Source: Congzhengia sp.
GTDB lineage: Bacteria > Bacillota > Clostridia > UBA1381 > UBA9506
DNA length: 64,000 nucleotides
Assembly (NCBI GenBank): GCA_045544215.1
Contig: JAZPYM010000076.1
Location: 3,171 to 67,170 of the forward strand
Direction: 5' to 3'
The notes below the pieces were generated by a model that was not told the DNA's origin, ran no database searches, and saw only the letters and a list, made by a program, of their open reading frames with translations. The translations under genes were made by a program, and so were the position numbers. This document shows positions 1 through 7,286 of this stretch, in pieces. The stretch's first letter is position 1. Every line of letters begins with the position of its first letter.

Positions 1-902
1 TTTTGACGAGGGTGTTTGCGTTTCAATATTTGCTTTTGTTTTGCAGTGGAAACATGGGTATATATTTCAGTTGTCGTTATTGAACTATGTCCTAAGATTT
101 GCTGTATATAACGAATATCTACATCTGATTCAAGAAGCATCGTGGCAAAAGTATGTCTAAACATATGCGGTGTTACGTGCACTGTGGATGAAATTTGATT
201 CACATATTTGTTTATCATAAAACGGACGGACTGATCGGAAAGGCGATTTGAAAGTCTGTTTACAAAAAAATATCCTGTATTATCAATTTCAGCCTTAAAG
301 CATTTTTTGTACTGCTTTAAGGCTGTTAGTACATCAGGAGTGCAAATTTGTATTATTCTTTCTTTTGATCCTTTTCCAAAGGTTTTTATATAACTATCCG
401 AAAGATTAACATCATCCGCTTTTAAATTACAGAGTTCCGATACACGAAGTCCGGTTGCGAAAAGAAGTTCTAATACTGCTATATCTCGGATGACGCACCT
501 TTCGGAATATACTGTCTTACATCTTTCTAAAGTATGATAAGCCTCATTCAAAATTTTTGTTAATATCTTTTCGGGAATGATCCGGGGCAGTATAATCGGC
601 TCTTTGATTTTAAGATGAATTTTACTGAATGGATTATCCTCGATAATTTCTTCAAAACTAAGATATTCATAAAAAGCCTTTAATGTGGCAAGTTTCCGTT
701 TAATCGATTTTGGTTTGTATTTTGAATGTAAACTTTCAAGATAACTACATATCAATTCTTTGCTAGAACCTTCTTCCTGTTCTTTTGCATAACTTTTAAA
801 TTGTGATAAATCTATCCGGTAAGCCTTTATTGTTTTTGGGTTCAAACCCTTTTGTAACTCGCAGTAAATCAAATATTTTTCTATTAAAGTATGTAAATTC
901 AT
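1..902 (-). CDS. Tyrosine-type site-specific recombinase/integrase (XerC/XerD-like); C-terminal end runs off the window
   Basis: Absent from the ORF track because it has no stop codon inside the window. My own translation from ATG at 902 (SD AGGAGG about 5 nt upstream) gives [32 protein letters not shown]...[12 protein letters not shown]...[16 protein letters not shown]...[15 protein letters not shown]. This shows the R / HxxR / Y catalytic signature and a core-binding N-terminal domain. Confidence 0.85.
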   Translation of the reverse strand, partial: MNLHTLIEKYLIYCELQKGLNPKTIKAYRIDLSQFKSYAKEQEEGSSKELICSYLESLHSKYKPKSIKRKLATLKAFYEYLSFEEIIEDNPFSKIHLKIKEPIILPRIIPEKILTKILNEAYHTLERCKTVYSERCVIRDIAVLELLFATGLRVSELCNLKADDVNLSDSYIKTFGKGSKERIIQICTPDVLTALKQYKKCFKAEIDNTGYFFVNRLSNRLSDQSVRFMINKYVNQISSTVHVTPHMFRHTFATMLLESDVDIRYIQQILGHSSITTTEIYTHVSTAKQKQILKRKHPRQ

Positions 903-919
903 AATATCCTCCTAAACTG

Positions 920-950
920 AAAAATCCGGCTCAGCTGAGCCGGATTTTTT
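920..950. terminator. Perfect palindromic hairpin flanked by A-run and T-run (bidirectional intrinsic terminator shape)
   Basis: The sequence is aaaaaTCCGGCTCAGCTGAGCCGGAttttt. It lies between the stop of the 973-1674 gene and the integrase start. Confidence 0.6.
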
Positions 951-972
951 GTAATGTATTTAATTTATTAAC

Positions 973-1674
973 TCAATTCAGTATTTCTTCAAATTCTTCG
1001 GCAGTAATTTCACCCTTTTTGTATTTCATACGATATTCCATAAGTTCCTTAAGTTTAAGATCAAGAGAATCTTTTTGTTTTTCATCAGCACACTTCTTAT
1101 GCTTGTAGTAGGTTGCCTGATATACTTTATCATATAATAAAAGAAGATTGTCTGCTTGTTTGCTTTCTTTTGAGCGCTTCTTTGCTCCGTACTGCCTGCA
1201 GGCTTCGTTATCGCAATATTCCATAGTAGGATTATCCGCAAGGAAGAATTTTGAGCAACTTCCGCATTTTACGATAGGCATATTATTTGTCAGGGCATAC
1301 ATCATTTCCAAACGAAGAAAATCAAAAAAATCACTCAAATAATACATATCAATGAATTGTATTGTTCCATCGTCATCGATGTTGCCTATGGTCTTAGTTA
1401 CAGAGAATTTTGTTTTGCTTAATTTAAATTCCTCATCGCACAATAAATAACCCTCTATCCTTTTCTTCTTATCCTTGCTTGAAAAACAACGCTCAAGCAT
1501 TTTAGTTGCTTCATCCTTTACTTTTTTCATATCAAGATCTGGAAAGATTGTTTTTAGGTGTGTAGGAGCATCATTGGAAAGAACGCAAGCCGCTCCACCA
1601 ATTGGTACAACATACGAGCCTTTTTCTGTAATGATTTTTTCTTCTCCATGACCAAATACAACTTCAAAATTCAT
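973..1674 (-). CDS. Hypothetical protein with C-terminal Cys cluster and Lys-rich coiled tail
   Basis: 233-aa ORF with motif CGSCSKFF...EYCDNEACRQYG, which looks zinc-ribbon-like. No family recognised by eye. It is co-oriented with the tyrosine recombinase. Confidence 0.6.
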   Translation of the reverse strand: MNFEVVFGHGEEKIITEKGSYVVPIGGAACVLSNDAPTHLKTIFPDLDMKKVKDEATKMLERCFSSKDKKKRIEGYLLCDEEFKLSKTKFSVTKTIGNIDDDGTIQFIDMYYLSDFFDFLRLEMMYALTNNMPIVKCGSCSKFFLADNPTMEYCDNEACRQYGAKKRSKESKQADNLLLLYDKVYQATYYKHKKCADEKQKDSLDLKLKELMEYRMKYKKGEITAEEFEEILN

Positions 1675-1721
1675 TTTTTATTCCTCACAATATTACAATA
1701 TAGTTACAAAAACAAAAATAC

Positions 1722-1781
1722 TTGACAAGATAATTTTAATATGTTAGAATATCTTTACAAGATAATTGACAAACATATAAT
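1722..1781 (+). promoter_or_regulatory. Two tandem sigma-70-type promoters with a duplicated -35 module
   Basis: P1 is TTGACA (1722-1727), 17 nt, TAGAAT (1745-1750). P2 is TTTACA (1754-1759), 16 nt, TATAAT (1776-1781). Both -35 elements are embedded in the direct repeat CTTKACAAGATAATT. Confidence 0.5.
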
Positions 1782-2011
1782 CCTGTAATTAGTATAGCAC
1801 AGAAAAGGATTGTTCGTCAAGAGTTTTGTGTATTTCTTTTGGAAGGAGAGGTTAAAATGTGGAATCAAAAATAAACAGTATTCAATTTTGCATTTACTTA
1901 TTATCTTAAATTTAAATAGTTAACTTTCGAACCATCATATAGAAATCATCAGTAGGAGTATTTACAGAATTGATATATCAAAAGCCAAATCTATAAGAAA
2001 GGAGCAGCAGA

Positions 2012-2170
2012 ATGGCAAGAACAGAAAGGGAGTTGCCCATAAACAATATATCTTATCAATTTGTGGGAACTGAAGAAGATTTGATTAAATTTTTGAAGGC
2101 AATTACCTTTGAGTATTTAACAGCAAATTATCCTGACACAGAGGATGAAATGCACAAAGTAAGTGCATAA
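2012..2170 (+). CDS. Small hypothetical ORF (52 aa) upstream of the serine recombinase
   Basis: Below the ORF-track cutoff. ATG at 2012 is preceded by AAGGAG at 7 nt spacing. Translation is MARTERELPINNISYQFVGTEEDLIKFLKAITFEYLTANYPDTEDEMHKVSA. Confidence 0.35.
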   Translation: MARTERELPINNISYQFVGTEEDLIKFLKAITFEYLTANYPDTEDEMHKVSA

Positions 2171-2251
2171 CTTTGGTTAGGTATTGCGGCTGGATATATC
2201 AAAATGTTTGTGGTAATGTTGTCTTCAGAAAAAATCTGGAGGTGATATTAA

Positions 2252-3874
2252 GTGAGAGGATTTGCATATGGTCGTCTATCAAGAGACGAAGACAGTGAAC
2301 AGGAATCCCTGAAAAATCAGGAAGATTTGGTCGTTGGATTTATGAAGAAAGGGAACCATATAGTTATCGAAATAGGAATGGATGATAACTATACAGGAAT
2401 GGATTTTGACAGACCGGGAATTAAGAGAATGTTCGAGCTTGCAAGAAATGGTGAGATTGATGCGGTATTCGTAAAAGACTTATCTCGACTCGGCAGACAC
2501 CGAACTTTGACTTTGGAATGTATCGATAAGCTCAGGCTCCTTGGAGTCAGGGTTATATCTATAACAGAAAATATTGATAGCTTCAACGAAGCAGATGATT
2601 TAATCATAGGATTCAAAGGACTTATCAATGATAGCTATTCCAAGGATATACAGAGAAAGGTTATATACGGATTCAGACAAAAACAACAAAAAGGTCTTGT
2701 AATGATTCCGCCAATGGGATATTTCAAAGACAAGAACACCAACGAGGTTGTAATTATCGAAGAGCCTGCCGAAATCGTTCGGACGATATTCAAACTTTAT
2801 CTTGAGGGCTACGGCTTAAAGGCAATAGCAAGAATACTGAATGAGAAAGGTATGAAATCCCCTGCATACTATCAGTTAAAGCTGATAGGTAAAAAACAAG
2901 GGCATAATAAACCTAAAATAACAAGCAGGTTCTTGTGGGATTACTCATCGGTCAAAAGAACTTTAAAAAACGAGTTCTACTGCGGAACGGTCGTAAATCA
3001 TCAAAATGAGCGTAGCAGAATTACAAAGCGACAGGTTGCAGTTCCGGTAGAGGAACAGTTCAGGCATGAGGATATGGTCCCGGCAATTATCCCCCGTGAA
3101 ATGTGGGAACGGGTTCAGGAATTCTTGAATGCAAAGGTAAAGAAAAAGGTTCGTGCAAGTGAGAACAAACCTTGCCATAAGTATTCAGGATTGCTACAGT
3201 GTTCGGACTGCGGATGCTCATTCGTAGCAAAGGTCAGAAAGACCAAAGGCAATCCCGACAGAGTTGAATATGTGTGTAATGGTTACCATCGGTACAGTGA
3301 GGTCAACTGCACATCACATAGAATTCGAGAAGAAATGCTCGACAAAATTGTACAAGCCGAGCTTGAAGGGATACGATTGGTATTCGATGACCTATGGGAG
3401 AATGTAGAGGCTGATGTCAAGAAATGGGCAGCAGGAAAATCTACAACAGAGAAAAGGCTCGGAAATCTGAAACAAAGCATTTCGGATACAGAGCTTGAAA
3501 TCCAAAAAATACTTATGGAAAGGATTGAGGATAAGCAGAATACTGATATGTACGATAAGATGATTGAGACAAGGCGAAATGACATTGAGAGCTTCAAAAA
3601 GGAAGTTCATGAGATAGAAAATCTTGATAAAACAATCAAGGATAGGAGATCTACTCTTAAACATTCCATAGAACTGCTCGATGACATCATAGCCGAGAAC
3701 AATATCAGTAATGCAAACCTGCACTTGATGTTTGACAAAATCATCATCGAAGAAACGGACGAAGGATTAAATCTTGACCTGAGATTAAAATCCCCGTTTA
3801 TCAGCAAAGCAAAAGAGTCTTTGCTCAAGAAATATATGATAGTAGATAACCAAGTTTTACAGGAAGGAGCGTGA
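2252..3874 (+). CDS. Large serine recombinase (resolvase/invertase N-terminal domain, recombinase domain, zinc-ribbon, coiled-coil)
   Basis: 540-aa ORF. N-terminus FAYGRLSRDEDSEQESL contains the catalytic Ser context. It also has DAVFVKDLSRLGR, the Cys cluster CSDCGCSF...YVCNGY...CTSH, and a long coiled-coil C-terminus. Confidence 0.9.
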   Translation: MRGFAYGRLSRDEDSEQESLKNQEDLVVGFMKKGNHIVIEIGMDDNYTGMDFDRPGIKRMFELARNGEIDAVFVKDLSRLGRHRTLTLECIDKLRLLGVRVISITENIDSFNEADDLIIGFKGLINDSYSKDIQRKVIYGFRQKQQKGLVMIPPMGYFKDKNTNEVVIIEEPAEIVRTIFKLYLEGYGLKAIARILNEKGMKSPAYYQLKLIGKKQGHNKPKITSRFLWDYSSVKRTLKNEFYCGTVVNHQNERSRITKRQVAVPVEEQFRHEDMVPAIIPREMWERVQEFLNAKVKKKVRASENKPCHKYSGLLQCSDCGCSFVAKVRKTKGNPDRVEYVCNGYHRYSEVNCTSHRIREEMLDKIVQAELEGIRLVFDDLWENVEADVKKWAAGKSTTEKRLGNLKQSISDTELEIQKILMERIEDKQNTDMYDKMIETRRNDIESFKKEVHEIENLDKTIKDRRSTLKHSIELLDDIIAENNISNANLHLMFDKIIIEETDEGLNLDLRLKSPFISKAKESLLKKYMIVDNQVLQEGA

Positions 3875-3878
3875 GAAT

Positions 3879-3989
3879 ATGACAAGAAGAAATGATATGA
3901 AATCAATAATTATTGAACTGATGGACAAGCTGTATCGCGAAGATATTAGCGGAAAAATCAAGCCGTGCAAAAAAGTGAACAAAAAATAA
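3879..3989 (+). CDS. Possible 36-aa ORF translationally coupled to the serine recombinase
   Basis: ATG at 3879 lies 5 nt after the recombinase stop, with GGAAGGAG 9 nt upstream. Translation is MTRRNDMKSIIIELMDKLYREDISGKIKPCKKVNKK. There is no other support. Confidence 0.25.
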   Translation: MTRRNDMKSIIIELMDKLYREDISGKIKPCKKVNKK

Positions 3990-4025
3990 TTGTTCGCATA
4001 GCGATACATCAACACCTAAAACAAC

Positions 4026-4058
4026 AAAACACTTATAGGGAAATCCTATAAGTGTTTT
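4026..4058. terminator. Bidirectional intrinsic terminator between the recombinase operon and tRNA-Leu
   Basis: Sequence aaaaCACTTATAGGgaaatCCTATAAGTGtttt has a 10-bp stem with an A-run on one side and a T-run on the other. Confidence 0.6.
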
Positions 4059-4061
4059 GGG

Positions 4062-4145
4062 TGGTGCGGCTGAAGGGACTTGAACCCCCACGTCATTGAC
4101 ACTAGATCCTAAGTCTAGCGCGTCTGCCAATTCCGCCACAGCCGC
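4062..4145 (-). tRNA. tRNA-Leu, anticodon UAG, encoded CCA
   Basis: The reverse complement reads GCGGCTGTGGCGGAATTGGCAGACGCGCTAGACTTAGGATCTAGTGTCAATGACGTGGGGGTTCAAGTCCCTTCAGCCGCACCA. It has a 7-bp acceptor stem, anticodon loop CTTAGGA, a long variable arm typical of Leu, and a GTTCAAGTC T-loop. Confidence 0.9.
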
Positions 4146-4269
4146 ATATTAAGTTTTACCTCTTAATTTTTACACGGTAGAGGTTGCCCGAGGAGGAGCA
4201 AAAACGCTTAATCCTCATCTATGAAAACGGAAAACCGTAATCAACAATAAATTCACCGAGGTGGATGAA

Positions 4270-4307
4270 CCTAAGTCTAGCGCGTCTGCCAATTCCGCCA
4301 CAGCCGC
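4270..4307 (-). pseudogene. Truncated tRNA-Leu copy (positions 1 to anticodon loop only)
   Basis: Identical to 4108-4145 of the intact gene. It ends inside the anticodon loop (CTTAGG). Confidence 0.8.
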
Positions 4308-4435
4308 ATATTAAGTTTTACCTCTTAATTTTTACACGGTAGAGGTAAACCGAGGAGGAGCAAAAACGCTTAATCCTCATCTATGAAAACGGAAAAACCG
4401 TAATCAACAATTCTTTCACCGAGGTGGATGAAGCA

Positions 4436-4470
4436 AAGTCTAGCGCGTCTGCCAATTCCGCCACATCCGC
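4436..4470 (-). pseudogene. Truncated tRNA-Leu copy (positions 1-35) next to the strong promoter; one acceptor-stem substitution
   Basis: Sequence aagtctagcgcgtctgccaattccgccacaTccgc differs from the intact gene (...cacaGccgc). The change at tRNA position 5 would not pair with the present 3' half. Confidence 0.8.
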
Positions 4471-4491
4471 ATTGTTTCTACAACAACATGC

Positions 4492-4521
4492 ATTATAGCA
4501 CAAGATTAAGGGTTATGTCAA
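4492..4521 (-). promoter_or_regulatory. Strong sigma-70-type promoter reading into the tRNA-fragment array and tRNA-Leu
   Basis: On the minus strand: TTGACA (4521-4516), 18 nt, TGc-TATAAT (4497-4492, extended -10). It lies about 20 nt upstream of the third tRNA 5'-half copy. Confidence 0.6.
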
Positions 4522-4635
4522 GTCTAACTTTGTTTGTTTTTATATTTTGGGAATACGATAAAATCTATTAAAAGCGACAATCAGCCCCATATTCTTTTCT
4601 TTTGTTAGAAAAATGTCTTTTTTTAGAAAAAACAC

Positions 4636-4664
4636 TTGATTTTTGAAACAAAATTTGGTATTCT
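4636..4664 (+). promoter_or_regulatory. Candidate promoter of the XRE regulator gene
   Basis: TTGATT (4636-4641), 17 nt, TATTCT (4659-4664). Confidence 0.45.
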
Positions 4665-4666
4665 AT

Positions 4667-4699
4667 AGTTAAAAGTTCAAGAAACTTGAACTTTTAACT
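4667..4699. promoter_or_regulatory. Perfect 15-bp-arm inverted repeat (operator or 5' UTR hairpin)
   Basis: Sequence AGTTAAAAGTTCAAG-aaa-CTTGAACTTTTAACT lies immediately after the -10 and 25 nt before the XRE start codon. Confidence 0.5.
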
Positions 4700-4724
4700 T
4701 AATCTTACGAATAAGGAGACAGAC

Positions 4725-5105
4725 ATGAGCCAGGAAGAATGTCAGATTTTTGCCAAAAAGTTAAGACAGCTGCGCGTATCAGCGGGGCTGACACAGGAGA
4801 TGCTTGCAAGGATGTTGAATATTTCAAGAAGTTGCCTTGCCAACTATGAGTCGTGCAACAGAATGGTCAACGATGAAATTGTGCAGGATGTTGCAAAATA
4901 TTTTGATGTAAGTGTTGCATATTTAACCGGAAAAGAGAGTGTTCCCACAATGCAAACAAATTCTCACATGCGGGAATTTTCTGAAATTTTATCCAAGAAA
5001 ACGCTGGATATTTCAAATATTTCCTCTGCGGCACGGATTGCCTTGTATGAATTTTATTGCTATTTAACCACGCAGAGCAATTGCAATAGAGAATGCGAGA
5101 GGTAA
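4725..5105 (+). CDS. XRE-family helix-turn-helix transcriptional regulator
   Basis: 126 aa. LRQLRVSAGLTQEMLARMLNISRSCLANYE is a typical Cro/C1 HTH. SD is AAGGAG. Confidence 0.8.
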   Translation: MSQEECQIFAKKLRQLRVSAGLTQEMLARMLNISRSCLANYESCNRMVNDEIVQDVAKYFDVSVAYLTGKESVPTMQTNSHMREFSEILSKKTLDISNISSAARIALYEFYCYLTTQSNCNRECER

Positions 5106-5112
5106 GACCCTC

Positions 5113-6030
5113 TTATAATCGCAACACAGCGTCTAAATTTTCCCGGAAAATTTTGTCGAACTGGGAAAGAGGCAGGGGGTTTTCTCCTTTTCCTACCTCA
5201 ATGGTAAAGGCGGGAATGGAAAATGTATTGATCACCCAGTCTTTGTATCCCGAGCAGTCGGTGATACCCTCGGCGCAAACAAGCTGATAGCCGGTGGCAC
5301 GGGAGAGGGTTTGCGCCAGATTTTGCGCGCCCCGGGGACAAACGCCATTGAAACTGTAGAAAATTTCTTCCCCTTGAGAATGATAGGCAATGACGACGTC
5401 GGGATTTACTTCCTTTGTCAGCTCCACTACAGCTTGTGTTTCCGGCTCGCTTTCTGGCGCTTCTCCGGAATATCGGCTGCTGCAAGGACCGTAAACGCCG
5501 TCTGCAAAAGCAAGGGCGCGCCCCTTTTCAAACAGGGCGTCGTAGTTGTGGTTTAAATCCACACCATCAATATTTGCCTGCCATTTGCCAATGAAATCTT
5601 CGCTTCCGCCATTCATTCCGATTAGTCGCGAACGCTTCATAACAGGAATGTCTTTGGTCAACCCGCGAATGCATAAGTTTACGCCATCGGGGTTTACCAT
5701 GGGGAGAATATAAATTGTGCGGGTGTTAAAAAATGCTACAATGTCGTGTTCGCCCAGTCGCTTTTTTTCAGCAAAAAGGTGGCAGAATGCCTCTGCAATC
5801 GCCATACAGAGCATGGCGGTAATCCATTCTTTTCCGTGGTGTGCTCCTGTTATCATGATTTTGCGGTCCCCTCGCCCCATTCGAAGAAATGGAATGGGTT
5901 TTCCCAATACAGAAAAGCCGGCATTTCCGCCTTCAATACAGGAATAACTGCCGATTAAACGCAAATAATCCTCTTTTAAAATTTCATATGTATATGGCGT
6001 GTTTGTATGTACAATTTGCAATTTCATCAC
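5113..6030 (-). CDS. M14-family zinc carboxypeptidase / gamma-D-glutamyl-diamino acid peptidase-like
   Basis: 305 aa with motifs ITGAHHGKEWIT, NPDG and AYHSQGE, typical of M14 peptidoglycan peptidases. Confidence 0.75.
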   Translation of the reverse strand: MMKLQIVHTNTPYTYEILKEDYLRLIGSYSCIEGGNAGFSVLGKPIPFLRMGRGDRKIMITGAHHGKEWITAMLCMAIAEAFCHLFAEKKRLGEHDIVAFFNTRTIYILPMVNPDGVNLCIRGLTKDIPVMKRSRLIGMNGGSEDFIGKWQANIDGVDLNHNYDALFEKGRALAFADGVYGPCSSRYSGEAPESEPETQAVVELTKEVNPDVVIAYHSQGEEIFYSFNGVCPRGAQNLAQTLSRATGYQLVCAEGITDCSGYKDWVINTFSIPAFTIEVGKGENPLPLSQFDKIFRENLDAVLRL

Positions 6031-6096
6031 CTCATTTTCAACTTATGTATAATGTTGTAAAACATGACAATAATAAGTGTGAAAGGATGGATGTGA

Positions 6097-6852
6097 ATGA
6101 AAAGAGCATATGTAAAAGTTAAAACACCAGGTACAAAAACAATTTTAAAGCGGCCCTACATAGCCGCAACGATAATTGGTGCAGCCGTTTGCGCCATTGT
6201 ACTGTCTGTTTCGTTTCCGCAAGGAAATGAAAATCAGATAGAAGAGCAGTCAAGCATTTCTGTTCCTTCGGCAGTACCTCAGGTAACCAATGCACCGCCC
6301 GAGCGTTTGCCTAAAGAACCAATACAAACACCAAACGAGGTTGAAATGCCCGCAAAGCAAGAGGTGACGCCTCCTCAAGAAACAGAGTTATCCACGGTGG
6401 CTGTTGAAGAAGAAAGCATATCGGCAGGGATGTTTACAATGGAAGCACCTTCGTTCATTTTGCCGGTGGCAGGGGAACTTCTTCATCCATATTCAGACCA
6501 AAAGCCGGTAAAGTCAAAAACCATGGGAGATTGGCGCATCCATACGGGAATTGATATTCGGGCGGAGCGTGGTGCAGAAATTAAGGCGCCTGCTGATGGC
6601 AAAATTGTTCTTTCCAAGGCCAATGGTTTAACGGGGAACACAATTTCCATTGACCATGGAAACGGCATCATCTCCACCATCTACAGCCTGGAAAATCTGG
6701 ACAAGGTGCCGGAGGGCAAAATGGTAAAACAAGGAGAGGTTATTGGGACGGTTGGCGCAAATGCACCCGTTGAAATGTCAGAGGATGCCCATCTTCATTT
6801 TGAAGTCAAAAAAGGGGATAAATGGTGTAATCCGCAGGAATTTTTAAAGTAA
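6097..6852 (+). CDS. Membrane-anchored M23 (LytM-domain) peptidase, possibly SpoIIQ-like
   Basis: 251 aa with an N-terminal TM helix and a Pro/Glu-rich linker. The M23 motifs are HTGIDI, IDHGNGIISTIYSL and HLHFEV. Confidence 0.8.
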   Translation: MKRAYVKVKTPGTKTILKRPYIAATIIGAAVCAIVLSVSFPQGNENQIEEQSSISVPSAVPQVTNAPPERLPKEPIQTPNEVEMPAKQEVTPPQETELSTVAVEEESISAGMFTMEAPSFILPVAGELLHPYSDQKPVKSKTMGDWRIHTGIDIRAERGAEIKAPADGKIVLSKANGLTGNTISIDHGNGIISTIYSLENLDKVPEGKMVKQGEVIGTVGANAPVEMSEDAHLHFEVKKGDKWCNPQEFLK

Positions 6853-6857
6853 AAAAT

Positions 6858-6891
6858 AAAAGGGTTGTAGCAGTTGCTACAACCCTTTTTT
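6858..6891. terminator. Bidirectional intrinsic terminator
   Basis: Sequence aaaaGGGTTGTAGCagttGCTACAACCCtttttt lies between convergent genes. Confidence 0.65.
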
Positions 6892-6898
6892 GATGCGA

Positions 6899-7132
6899 TT
6901 ATTGAATATAAGCCTTTATTTCTTCTGCAAAGGCATCTGCTTCTGCGTTGTCAGCATGTACATCCACCTTTATCGGCTTGCTCAGATCCAAACTAAAAAT
7001 ACCCATGATTGATTTTGCATCAACCACATATCTTCCGGATGTTAAATCCACATCAAAGGAATATTTGTTTACAATATTCACAAACGCCTTAATGTCGTTG
7101 ATGGAATTCAGTAAAATGTTAAATGTTTTCAT
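6899..7132 (-). CDS. HPr-like small protein lacking the His15 phosphorylation motif
   Basis: The region DAKSIMGIFSLDLSKPIKVDVHADNAEADA aligns by eye with the HPr Ser46 region (LKSIMGVMSLG...ADGSDE). The N-terminus has no GIHARPA-type His. I prefer the ATG at 7132 because of its 7-nt spacing from GGAGG. Confidence 0.55.
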   Translation of the reverse strand: MKTFNILLNSINDIKAFVNIVNKYSFDVDLTSGRYVVDAKSIMGIFSLDLSKPIKVDVHADNAEADAFAEEIKAYIQ

Positions 7133-7286
7133 TTTCATTCCTCCTTTTACTTGTATTATAATATAAAAATAAAATATTGTCAATTTATTCTTTGTTAAAA
7201 TTCCTTAAAAGATTTAGATTTTATTTGACATTTGTCAAGATTTTGTTTATAATTTATATAACAAAGTATAAGGGAGCTTGATTGTA

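Larger units (their letters stand above)
1..4061. mobile_element. Edge of an integrated mobile element (extends beyond the left window border) ending next to tRNA-Leu
   Basis: Carries two recombinase genes (tyrosine and large serine type). It is clearly more AT-rich than the flanking core genes and has only short or uncharacterised ORFs. It ends at a tRNA gene that is flanked by tRNA-fragment repeats. Confidence 0.6.
4108..4470. repeat. Tandem direct repeat, two units of about 162-163 bp plus a partial third; each unit is the tRNA-Leu 5' half plus a ~125-bp spacer
   Basis: Unit starts are cctaagtctagcgcg at 4108 and 4270, and aagtctagcgcg at 4436. The spacers 4146-4269 and 4308-4435 are near-identical, with a few substitutions or indels. 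Confidence 0.85.

Noticed and set aside
1857-1874. 5-codon ORF MWNQK as a real gene
   Set aside because: It is too short to call. It is kept only as an observation in the findings, as a possible leader peptide or remnant.
3903-4139. 78-aa minus-strand ORF (MAELADALDLGSS...)
   Set aside because: It is the translation of the tRNA-Leu gene and its terminator. The nucleotide sequence folds into a canonical tRNA, so it is not coding.
4108-4470. Possible CRISPR-like array because of regularly spaced repeats
   Set aside because: The whole ~163-bp unit is repeated, including the spacer. There are only 2.2 copies, the repeat is a tRNA fragment, and there are no cas genes. It is a tandem duplication, not a CRISPR array.
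5093-5287. 64-aa plus-strand ORF overlapping the end of the XRE gene and the M14 peptidase
   Set aside because: It overlaps two better-supported genes and has no SD.
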